A stretch of DNA of 64,000 bases. Origin: Trichinella spiralis (taxonomy: Eukaryota). Each line of letters opens with the position of its first letter. Position 1 is the stretch's first letter. The stretch covers positions 248,001 through 312,000 of the forward strand of contig NW_003526941.1 of NCBI RefSeq assembly GCF_000181795.1. The letters are read 5' to 3'. The notes below the pieces were generated by a model. It saw nothing but the letters and a program-made list of their open reading frames with translations, did no database searches and had not been told where the DNA came from. This document shows, piece by piece, positions 13,701-24,596 of the stretch. Made by a program: the position numbers and the translations under genes.

Positions 13701-15471
13701 TATTTGTGTTTTGCTTAACATGCAAATCAACTGCAGATCAATGCATTGCAAACGGACGTCATTGCACCGATGGCGAAATTGTTGATCGAGGCGAAGGGTT
13801 TGGAAAAATTGGTGGAAAAACGTCGCGACAAACTGCTCGATTATGAAATGGCTGATTCCAAACTGCAGAAAAGTTACACCAAAGCTACTGAACACGTTAA
13901 AATGCACACGGTATGTAGACCAAAAAATAATTTTTTTTTGAAAATAATTAATCCTCTCACTTTCTGCATATTCAGAATATGCAACGAATGAAAAAATGCC
14001 AATCAGAATATGAAGCACTGAATAGACAGCTGTTGGTCGATTTGCCGAAATTTATCGAAAAATGCTTACAAACTTTTAATGTAACATTCAACTTGTTTAT
14101 TAAGCATCAGTCGACATTTGCATGTCAATTTGGTCAACAGTTGCAACAGATGAATTCGGAAAGCAGTCAACCGTCTACAGATACCCATCACAAGCCGATC
14201 AGTATGGGAAATATTAATGTTCCCCTTGTAGAAACTGAAGGAAACTGTCAACAACCGATAGCAACCCCGAATTTGTTGTTAGATAAGCCTTATTATAAGG
14301 TAAATTGTTGAAATTATGTTATCTGTTCGAACTATTCAAATTTTAAATATTTAAGCAACAACAACAACAACAGTCGCAGAATTTGCAAAATTCAGTGAAC
14401 TCGATCTATACTGAACTGCAAGCCATATTTACGGATACTTCGAAAAGAAATGAGTGGGTTCAATTTTCCGACAACAGTAAAATGCATTCCAATAATTTTC
14501 AAGGTGCTAATTATTATTGTTTAATGTTCTAATAATTTTTGTAACGAATATATGCATGTTTGTTATTGTTAAACAACACTAATATTTTATATATTTTTCT
14601 TTTTTTTTGCAGAAAAACGATGAAATGAAGGCAGAAAACATTTGCACTAAATCGTTTTGCATAATTATGCTCCAACATGTACTAATAATACTGATAAACA
14701 AACGACCGCTAGGGTTATATGCACGCTTAATTAAAAATTAACAATGATACACAGTAAATAAGTGAATAATGTAAAAATAAATAATGATAACGTATGTACT
14801 TACTTTTTCTAAACTTACATCTTTCTTGGATGATCAAGCAGCGAACAAAACAAATGAATAAATAAATAAATAAATAAGAGAATAGCCAGCGGATGATACT
14901 TTTTTGTTCTTGTTCAGTTGAGACGTGTTTTGTTGTCTTGCCTTGCATGCATGAACATGTATCGTCGTGTAAGCATTGAAACTGATGCTCGTGCGTGTAA
15001 ATTATAGATGCAAATTTTTTAGATAATGATAAAAGCATATTCGCTGAAAATAGAGAATCAGTTGATGAGCTCAGTGCAAACAAGCCGTCAGGGGCAGAAA
15101 AGAGTGGATCAACGACGACTGATTGGCGTGAAGATGAACAAATACGAACCACGATGCTGTTGCCATCGAGATTCGCTCCGCCGCCTCCAGCTTCTCCTCC
15201 ACATCCTGAGGGCTATTCGAAGCACCGATTAAATAGCACTGCTTCTTCGAATATAGAAAACGAAGAAGAAGATACGGTCGATTTTTGCATTGCTTTGTTT
15301 GATTTCAGCGCTTCTGGCCCAGACGAATTGTCCGTTGCGCAGGACGACCTGTTAGCTGTTCACCAAAGGAAAGATCTGCAAGACAACGAAGAATGGTGGC
15401 TTGTCGAGAATGAATTTGGAAATGTTGGTTATGTGCCGGCTAATTATTTGAAGCTTTATGCCGCACTTTAA
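10775..15471 (+). CDS. DNMBP: Dynamin-binding protein/Tuba-like scaffold (5x SH3 - DH/RhoGEF - BAR - SH3), multi-exon
   Basis: ATG at 10775 gives MNSKIKIMRALHNFQTNIPGDLNFRAGEIIILLKTIDANW|CYGE...QGIFPSSYV (SH3 1). Four more SH3 domains follow up to ~12050. DH segments are EILSSEKDY and AILCPIHRVMKYP. BAR segments are KKGARLGMRLSSTLG, KRRDKLLDYE and EYEALNRQLLVDLP. The last SH3 is ALFDFSASGPDELSV...EEWWLVENEFGNVGYVPANYL, with stop at 15471. Confidence 0.88.
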
Positions 15472-15815
15472 AAAGCAAAGCGAAAAACAAGAAGATATTT
15501 TCCAATCCCTTTCATCATAAAATTATGATGCTGCCAAGCTTTTCTGTCCGTAGAACTGTGTCATCTTTTTTAATGTGCCGTTTCGCTTGTTTGCCTTAGT
15601 TTTATTTTGTTTTATCAGCATTTGATGATTAATCTTGACTTTTATCCATTGATGCACATTTGCTGCAGCCCAGAATGAAGATTTTGAAAAGCAAGCTGCT
15701 TTTTCATGACATGTTTTATGTTATCAAATCATTTAGAACATTTTATTCAGTGTGCAACAATGAAGAAGCATACCAAAAAGAATAAACGAATAAGCATTGA
15801 ATGAGCATCGTTTTT

Positions 15816-18800
15816 TCAAGAATGGTAACTTTTCGACATTGCCATCTGTAACTTGTCTTGTTTTTCTTTCATCAGCTGACATTAAAAAACATAAATAATA
15901 ATAAAATTATGCAAAACAAATCAACAAATACCGTTCGTATTTGATGCAATTTTTCTTTAATTTCTTGTTGATTTTTATAACTGATGCGATCACTCCTGGC
16001 CGAAGATTCCACTGCAACAGGTTGGTTGGAAACAGTTTGTGAAGAAAGTGCCAGTGAATGACGACCACGAACAAAATTACCATTCAGAAAACAAGTGTTT
16101 GAGGCATGATTATTATTATCATTATTACTGCAGGGTAGTCGTTTGTGAGTCGATTTCAAAGACAAATTACTCATCTGAATATCCTAAAATATACATAATA
16201 TTAAAAAAAATTTTTTCTTAAAGCAATTAACAAGATCACATCAACATTTACTATTGGTTCAGGTCTAGTTTGCATTTCAACATTGTAAATTTGGTTAATT
16301 TCAGAATAAGATTTTCCTGATAACCGTTGACTAGATGAACCCGCTTTGTTCAATTGTCGTGCAGGAGATTTGAATTTAGATTGGCTAAACAGTTGTCTGA
16401 TTATTTTGTCAAAATAATCGAGTCATAGAACAATTTATATATAAATCTAAAGAACAAAAGTAAAATTTATTAAAATCCACTTACACTAAAGATGTATCTA
16501 AAGTTGACTGCTGTTGAATTTCATTGCTTTGTTTGTCAGGACGAACCGTTCGTAAAGATCTTCGTTCGGTAGATAATTTTTGAAATGGTCTCACTACTGA
16601 CATCTTTAATAAGGAATTATTATTATCATTATTTTGTAAATAGAAGATATTATTTAAAATAAAAGTGAAAAAAAGAAAACAAATTCACTTTAGCCATTGC
16701 ACTTGAACTGCGAGGCATTGTATTCGGCCTTATGAGGGATAATTCATTTACTTGAGTCATTTTATCCATTTTTTTAAAACTTCTTCTATTTGCATGCTTT
16801 TTTAAAAAGTTTTCTTGATCCTCTAACACGTTCATCCTTCTTACACAAGGGATAATTGGCCGTTCATCTGCTGGAGTGCTCACCGTAGTATTACAACCAG
16901 AGCTGTCGTCTACTGAATCAACCAAGCAATGGGAAGCATAATTATCAATTACCGAATATTTTGGTGCAATTTTTGACGACTGATGATATGACATATGCGC
17001 GGATGCATGATCTAACGATTTATCAAATCTTTCTGCATTCGACGAGCTATTATTACTGGTTGTTTCACCAACTCCACTACCTGATGCGTGCTGAAAAATT
17101 CGTGCCTTTCGAATCATCGCAGCCTCTATTCTAGCCTTTTCCCAAGACTGTATCACTGATTTTTCTCTTAATTCTTCAATTTCCTATAAAACTTCAAAAC
17201 TTAATTTCAATTTCAAAACATCATCATCAAACATCCAATAAATATGTGAACAATTATGCAAAATTTAAAATGCAATTCAAATTAAAAAAAAGAAATCTTT
17301 CGAACTTTCAACTTTTTCCATTTATTCAATTCACGTTGATTAGCCATCGTTTCTCGAGCTTCAATTTGCAAACGTTCTCTTTCAATGCGTTCCATTTCTT
17401 CCAAATCCCTTTGAGCTTCGACAATTTGTTGTTTCCTTTTCTCTTCAATTTGTTTTTCAATTGAAGCCAACAATTCAAAAAAAAGAAAAATAAAGGTAAT
17501 TTAATAGTGCAACTTTTACAAATTTCATACTAGCTGCAAATTGCACTTGGACTGCTTTTCTTCTATATCTTCAAAATTCTTTGGTTCTGTAATATAAGAA
17601 CGGCGCTTGTGTGCAAAATCTAGAAAAGGTATGTTTCTTTTCAAATGTAAAGCCAGGAGACAATAAAACATTAAAATTTAAATTCGCCACGTGGGATGCA
17701 AGAAAATTAATAAGCATCCCTCCCTCTATGATGAATTGTAAATAGAATTTACAGTATTGTGTATGTGCAATCAATTTATTTCCTGCAAAAGTAAAATATT
17801 TTAATACATGAATAATTATTATTTTAACAGATTTTCATAAATTTAATGCACTGAAAAAAAATAATTGAATTAACTGCTTCAAAATTAATTATACTTTTCT
17901 ACAATTAGATTATAGATTTTCACAAGCGGAATAATGCACTAATCATGATGAATATTTAATAATAAATTTGAAAACACAATGCATGCAAACAAAGCACAGA
18001 AATGTGACATTTTTATACGCACTGCTGTTTAACAATTATCCATTCGTTGATGGCAAGTTATCAAAGATGACCTAATAATGTATAAAGCAAAGCCAGAAAA
18101 CAAAATTCTATGCATAAGGCATGCATAGAGAGAGAATTATTGAAAATTGCAATTCGCTTTTCTCAACTGCGACAGAAAAAAATCAATAAAGGTGAGCATG
18201 CAGAAACAAGTTACAATGTCTTCAAAGTTACAATTAAATAATTATTACCTAATAAATTCAAGTCAATAATTTCACTTACTTTCTAAATTTAAAATTGGTG
18301 AAATACGCTCCATGTCTCCAACAGGAGTAGCAAATTGATTATTGGTGTGCGCCTCTGCAGGAGTGCTCATTAATTTGTTGTTGCTTGGTTCTTCAGAAAA
18401 TTCATAATTAAAAAAATCACCAGAAGAAACAAAAAAAGGCATATTATCAGAAGCAGGGCAAACATATTTCATTCCATTGCCATGTTTACTCTTGCGCAAA
18501 TCAATCTGTGATAAAGCTCTCATCGGTGTGTAAGAACATCCAGCGTTCTCTATCTAAAAATATATATATATATATATATACATATTTCATTTCATTATGA
18601 AAAAATATTTGCAAATTTTGAAACCTTCGAACAGATTTTGCTGTTGTCGGTTAATTCTAGCGCTTGAGAATCATTAAAAGAAGGATTCAACGCTGTCGAA
18701 GCTTCAGAGTCAGAACAAGTCGCACAAGGAGCAAGGGAAACAACAAGTCGACCTTCATTGTTTAAACATCTTGAACATGGGAATGGTAAAATTTTCATCG

Positions 18801-19561
18801 GAGTGGATGATGAACCATCAAAATCCACATGATTAATTTTAGAAACACCGTAAGGAAGGTGAATTCGAACAGATCTATTTCGAAGATCATGTTCACTGCT
18901 ATGACGACGAAGCAGCATCGCGTTCCCATCATTAAAATGAATTTCCTATTTATTTAATTTAAAAAATTGAATTTTTTAAAAACAAACAACATAAGCACAT
19001 TTGAATTAAAACAATGAAAACTGAATGAACTAATGACTATATTGAACAATACATGTCGAATCTAAATTTTAAAAGTAGATTTAAATTTTCGTTAAAATAA
19101 ACACTAGCTTAAAAAGAAATTCATTTAAATATAATTACACGTAGAAAAGCCAAGAATCGAACATCACAAATTACATGCATACATACATATGTGTAAGCTG
19201 ATAGTTCTACTTAAAATATAATTCATAAACGAACAACTGCCAAAATTCATAGATTTCAAATCAACACTTATGAAAATAATAAATGCAATTATTACCTGTG
19301 TGGGAAGAGAACTGGTGAGAAAATCGGATGAATTTCGCCTAATGTTCCCGAAAACTGCTTTCAACGGCGCACCACCACCTGGCTTGCCGAATGGAAACCA
19401 ATGCTGTTCTTCGGCTAAAACATATCTCTCACTGTATAACAAATTACAAAAGTAAACTAGCAGCAAACAATTTAAAATACAACAGCTTTCATTTCGCTGA
19501 CATTACCTTTCTCTTTGGCCCACTGAGCTTTTTTTCGTTCTAAGAGCGAACTGGAAGACAT
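15816..19561 (-). CDS. CCDC66-like coiled-coil protein, paralog B (multi-exon)
   Basis: Exon 1 MSSSSLLERKKAQWAKEK (ATG 19561); exon 2 AEEQHWFPFGKPGGGAPLK; coiled-coil exons (IEKQIEEKRKQQIVEAQRDLEEMERIERERLQ...WKKLK / EIEELREKSVIQSWEKARIEAAMIRKARIFQH); C-terminus QQEIKEKLHQIRT|LMKEKQDKLQMAMSKSYHS* with stop at 15816. Motifs and several intron positions match paralog A. Confidence 0.7.
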
Positions 19562-20192
19562 ACTGAAATGTGCAAGTTAAGAAATTATCGATTTCAGTTC
19601 ATAAATACAGAAATTTAATAAGAGCAATTAAATTCACTAGACATTGTGAAGCAACAAAGACTTTACAAATGACAACTGAACTGAAATTAATTTGGGCGAA
19701 AATATCATACATACTGTAATAAACAAAACAACTTGCTTTCATTTTAAAATGTTGTACTGTAAAAAATAAAGTATAAATGAATTACTGTACAGTAAGATTG
19801 CTAAAAGTGGAACAAAATACATTATAATTTTTTTTAGACGAAATCACTTAAAATTACACATTATAGCGAATAATTACATAAATTTAATCTACTAATTTCT
19901 TTTTATGCTGGCTTTGTCGTGCTTATATTGATATTAGAGGGCGGGCACACTTTTGGATAAAATAAGCGACTTTCTAAGATTATGAATGTTCACCACATTT
20001 TTTAAATTAAAAATGCGTAAAATCAACATAAAATCGTTTACATTTGTCTTACTTTACAAAAAAAATAAATAAGGGAAAAATTATTGCTTCTTTCTCAAGA
20101 GACAACGCTCAAAATGAGGTACATTTATTATAATTTCAATAATGCAAGCACTGTGATCTAATCAAAAACACCGGACTAATTTTCAATGGCAA

Positions 20193-23100
20193 TTATGCTT
20201 TGAAAATCATCGACCTCTGGCGACGCAGTTGTCGGAGCTCTTCTTCCAATTGACGGCAATTTTCTTTCAATTCATTGTAACGCTTAAAATCGAACCCATG
20301 TCGGTCGGCGGCCTTGTAGGTAAAGCTCATCGATAATCGTTTATCTACTGATGGATACTCGTTGCTCTGCAAATGTAGAAAACTTTTTAAAAATAAATCA
20401 ACTTTACAATCACTTGTCCATAAATTTCACCTCACGAGTAAGCAAAAAATAACAATAAGAAAACAACATCGAACCATAAGTGACAAAATACGTCACCGGT
20501 TCCATAACATCCCAACTGTACTCCCACCACGTAAAGCGTGCTAAAATGCCGGCTTGAATTCCCAAAAAACCCAAACCTAGCCACATTAATCGTTTGCTTT
20601 TCAATCTGGCCTTCTCCGACAATATTTGTAACTTCTAAATTAATTGTAAACCGATGTTAGGAAGAAAAAAGGTTTCTTGTAAATACGTTTTCAAGGGGCT
20701 GCAATTCTTCCTTCAAAAGTTTCAAATTTTCAGTGATCGTGTTTTCATTTGATTTCTGAGCTGTACCAAATAATTCCATTAATCTCACAACATCTGTGGA
20801 TCTTGTCTCCAACAACTTTTCATCTGTTCAAAAAATGTTGTATAAGTAAGAAAAAATTAAAATTACAATCAAAATAAACTTACAAAAATCTGGTGGAACT
20901 TGCACTAAATGAACGCTGTCATTGATGCGAAGGTAAAATGTTGACTTCAAAAGCGATTCAAAAGGTGCAGAATAAGCATAACGTAAATTGTCTGAAAAAG
21001 CATCTTTCTGTATTATATACAATAATTTCATAAATGCTTGTCTCAAAATTTTGCATATTTTCTAATGCAGCAATATTAACAATTAATTTGAAAACGTAAA
21101 ATAGACTTGCTGCTTTATTCTTCAACCGAAATAACATTCCACCAATCAAACCAACCCTCTGATAGTTTCAAAAATTTTCACCAAAGCTGAAAAGTTTTAA
21201 TTTTCCTTTATCAACTTGAGTAATTAAATAAACTGTCATATGAAATAGTTCAAAATTCCAAAAACCAATATAACATTTCGTCTTTCATTGATAACCAAAC
21301 GCTTTCGCTGACAATAAAATGGATTTTAAAATTATTAAAATTTCGATTAAATTTCTTGACTAGCTTATTCAATAAAATTCTAATCAACAGATGAAAATGA
21401 AAAATATTTTCATGCGATGCAAATCATACGAATACGATGATCATTTTAAACTGTTGAAAGATGAGAAGCAATAAAATTATTTTGCCCATTAAAAAGCTGA
21501 GGCAAAAATCTGTCCAGAGTCACATCACCTTCTCCGTTAAGTATATTTTACCAACAACTGCTGAAAATATGTCTAACTTCAATAATTGCAAAATATTCAT
21601 TCTCAATCTTCAAAAAATCTCATTTTATTAACCAATTAATTAATGTAAAAAAATCACAAGCATTTATATATTACATGAATTAAATACAAAATCATCTTGC
21701 TCACTCACCACAGGTGTAAAACTGAACCGAGCATACATTTTGGTGTTCTTTACGAATCAACGATGCAATGTCACCGACAGTAGCAAAATAGGGCTTAAAG
21801 ACAAGTAAAGTTTTTTCCGGATGAGCAGCATTTGGAATTGTCAGTGATGGCCAACCGTTGTGTAGCAAAAGTTTTACTTCTAAATTGTACAATCATTTAA
21901 CACAACACGTTTTTTTGTTAATCTATTTATTTCACAAGTTATAAATAAATAAATAAATAATAAATAATGCAAGAAATGAAGCACTGAGAAATACTAATCA
22001 TCAGTATGAAATATATAATTTAAAAGATAAATATGTGCGATTTACTGCTATTTCAAATCAAACAGGCTTATAATCTAATTTTGATTCTAATTTCTTCGCT
22101 TCGCCAACTTTTCGAACGGCTTTCATAAAATCTTCTTCTGTTACATAATCACGTTCACCTCGAATAGCCAACAAACCAGCTTCTGTACAAACATTTCTCA
22201 AATCAGCACCGCTGAAACCGTCAGACAATTTCACCACTGATTCAAAATCGATGATTCCTTTTTTAGTTATTGGTTTTGCGTGGATTTTGATAATATCTAA
22301 CCTCGCCTGTTCATTTGGCAAAGGAATTTCAATTTTTCGATCTAAACGACCCGGTCGAAGCAACGCTGGATCAAGAGTATCTGGACGATTTGTTGCCATG
22401 ATAATTTTCACCTTCCCCAATGCATCAAAGCCATCCATTTGATTCAAAAGTTCCATCAATGTGCGTTGTATTTCTCGATCAGCAGAGGTTCCTTCAGAAA
22501 ACCGACGACCACCGATTGCATCAATTTCATCCATGAAAATAATACAAGGCTGATGATCTCTCGCGTAATTAAACATTTCACGTATCATTCGAGCACTTTC
22601 ACCAATATATTTGTCTACAATAGCGCTTGAAACCACTTTCAAAAAATTGCATTCCAACTGACTAGCAACGGCGCGAGCAAGCAACGTCTTACCAGTACCG
22701 GGTGGACCGTACAGTAAACAACCTTTGGGAGGATCAATACCAACACGTATGAATAAATCAGGATTGGTTAGAGGCAGTTCAACGACTTCCCTTAGTTGTC
22801 GGATCTGTTCAGCTAAGCCTCCGATCATTGTATAACTAATATCGCCAGGATCCTCATGAGACATGTTGTATACGAGTGGGTCTACTTCTCGAGGAAGTTG
22901 ACGCATAATAGTTAAAGTAGTCATGTCAAGCGCCACGCGTGTGCCCTGAATTAATTTTTTCTTATCAATTGAACGGCGACACCCAACCACATAACGAGGG
23001 CCGTTTGTAGCTTTTACAATAAACTTATCCTCTGTCAACTGTTTCAGCACTTCACCAACTATTTGACCGACACTCTGCAACGCTTTGAGATCATTTTCCG

Positions 23101-23573
23101 TTTTATCATATTCTTCTTTCAATGAATTGACGTGAATTCTAATTTCTTTGAGGCGTGTTTCCACGTCCGCATATTCAGCCAATTTCCGACGATATTCTTC
23201 AATTGCCTGTTCGTGCATTTCATCTCCTGGCTTCTCCGATTCTACATTCATCATCATTTCAACATCAACACTTTTCACAATTTCCGTCATGATTAAGTTT
23301 TTTCCTGTAACATTATACATTTTTTGATGCCAACAATTGAGAACAACATCAATTTTGAGAGTAAACGCGCTCCACACACACACGGCTTTGCGGACAATGT
23401 TAAACCCAATCAATTCACTGTTAGATACTTTCAATATTAAACCATATAATTAATATTAAAGTACTGAGCAAAGTGAAAAACTGAATTACAGTAGTTGAAA
23501 ATAAATAAGGATCGTAAAAAAATACACTTAAAAGCATCTTACCACCTACTATTGACTGCACTTTAGAAGGCAT
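20193..23573 (-). CDS. MCU: Mitochondrial calcium uniporter pore subunit; secure exons span 20193-21879, putative first exon 23543-23573
   Basis: TM1-pore-TM2 reads [40 protein letters not shown]-terminal domain exons are [16 protein letters not shown]...(21709-21879) and [34 protein letters not shown]. The last exon reads [26 protein letters not shown]...KA*, stop at 20193. Identity is secure; the 5' end is inferred. Confidence 0.9.
22058..23290 (-). CDS. PSMC6: 26S proteasome AAA-ATPase regulatory subunit 10B (Rpt4); uninterrupted ORF
   Basis: Contains [34 protein letters not shown], Walker A GPPGTGKT, Walker B IFMDEID and the C-terminus [12 protein letters not shown]. Start placed at ATG 23290, 15 nt after an ttacag acceptor at 23305-23310. 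Confidence 0.98.
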   Translation of the reverse strand: MTEIVKSVDVEMMMNVESEKPGDEMHEQAIEEYRRKLAEYADVETRLKEIRIHVNSLKEEYDKTENDLKALQSVGQIVGEVLKQLTEDKFIVKATNGPRYVVGCRRSIDKKKLIQGTRVALDMTTLTIMRQLPREVDPLVYNMSHEDPGDISYTMIGGLAEQIRQLREVVELPLTNPDLFIRVGIDPPKGCLLYGPPGTGKTLLARAVASQLECNFLKVVSSAIVDKYIGESARMIREMFNYARDHQPCIIFMDEIDAIGGRRFSEGTSADREIQRTLMELLNQMDGFDALGKVKIIMATNRPDTLDPALLRPGRLDRKIEIPLPNEQARLDIIKIHAKPITKKGIIDFESVVKLSDGFSGADLRNVCTEAGLLAIRGERDYVTEEDFMKAVRKVGEAKKLESKLDYKPV

Positions 23574-24596
23574 GCTTCTTCAAAATAAATAAATAAGGAA
23601 ACTAGAAATCATCACTACTGCAGGTAAAAAAATTTCTTAAACGACGGAAGCATCACAAAAGCATAGAAATTACACAAGCAATAAAACAAATCAGTGATAC
23701 TAAAAGAAAAACATCAGTGAGCAAAGGAAAGTGATAAACAGAATAAAGTAAAAAAATTTTTTAAACGCGAAAATGTTTTACTTACACCAACTGACAGACA
23801 CGTCAACAAAATTGGAATCTTATTTACATCACACAAAAACTACAGTAATCCTACAATAAAATAGAAAATAAGACTTAATAAAAATTAATAAAATATTAAA
23901 GCAAAGCTGTATAATAATAATTTTTAAAACAGCAATTAAAAATAAAAAATTAAATTTTTATGTGAGTCGCAAAGTGATTCGAATTATCGTATTTCTAAAC
24001 TTAAAAAACTTTATTTGACAGTGGATACAAACAATAATAGATTAAAATCAAAAATACTCATCATGATATCATGTCAGCTTCAAAAACTTAACATACAACA
24101 AAATTATTTAGATATTTAAAGACAGAAGAAGATTCTGAAACCATACGCAAAATTATTTAAATGTAAACAACAAAACTAAATATGATTAATGTTTTAACTT
24201 ATTATTTCAAAAACAGTAAAAAAATCTACAAAAACAGTTGCTTTAAACATAAAATCATTTTACACAACGGACAATTAATATAAACAATCAGGTTACTTCA
24301 GTAAAATACAGTAATTTTCAAAAGTTTACAGTATACTTCCCTTTGCTTCTTGTCCAGCTTGGTTTACAAGAATCCCAATCTCAGCATTGTTCATTTTTCT
24401 ACTGGATCAAAGCAGCATCTCGAGAAAAACTGGTAAATTTGAGGATTTTATTCTATTCGTTATGCTTCGTGCTTTATTATTTTCTGTCATATTAAAATTC
24501 CATCATATTATTTTATTTTAAATAAATCGTAATTTTTAAAAGATATTCTTTCACTACGAATCATTTTTTATTGAGATAGCCAAAATTTCTTTTCAG

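Noticed and set aside
23291..23434. N-terminal extension of the 458-aa PSMC6 ORF
   Set aside because: It starts at TTG and runs through a splice acceptor at 23305-23310; intron read-through rather than coding.
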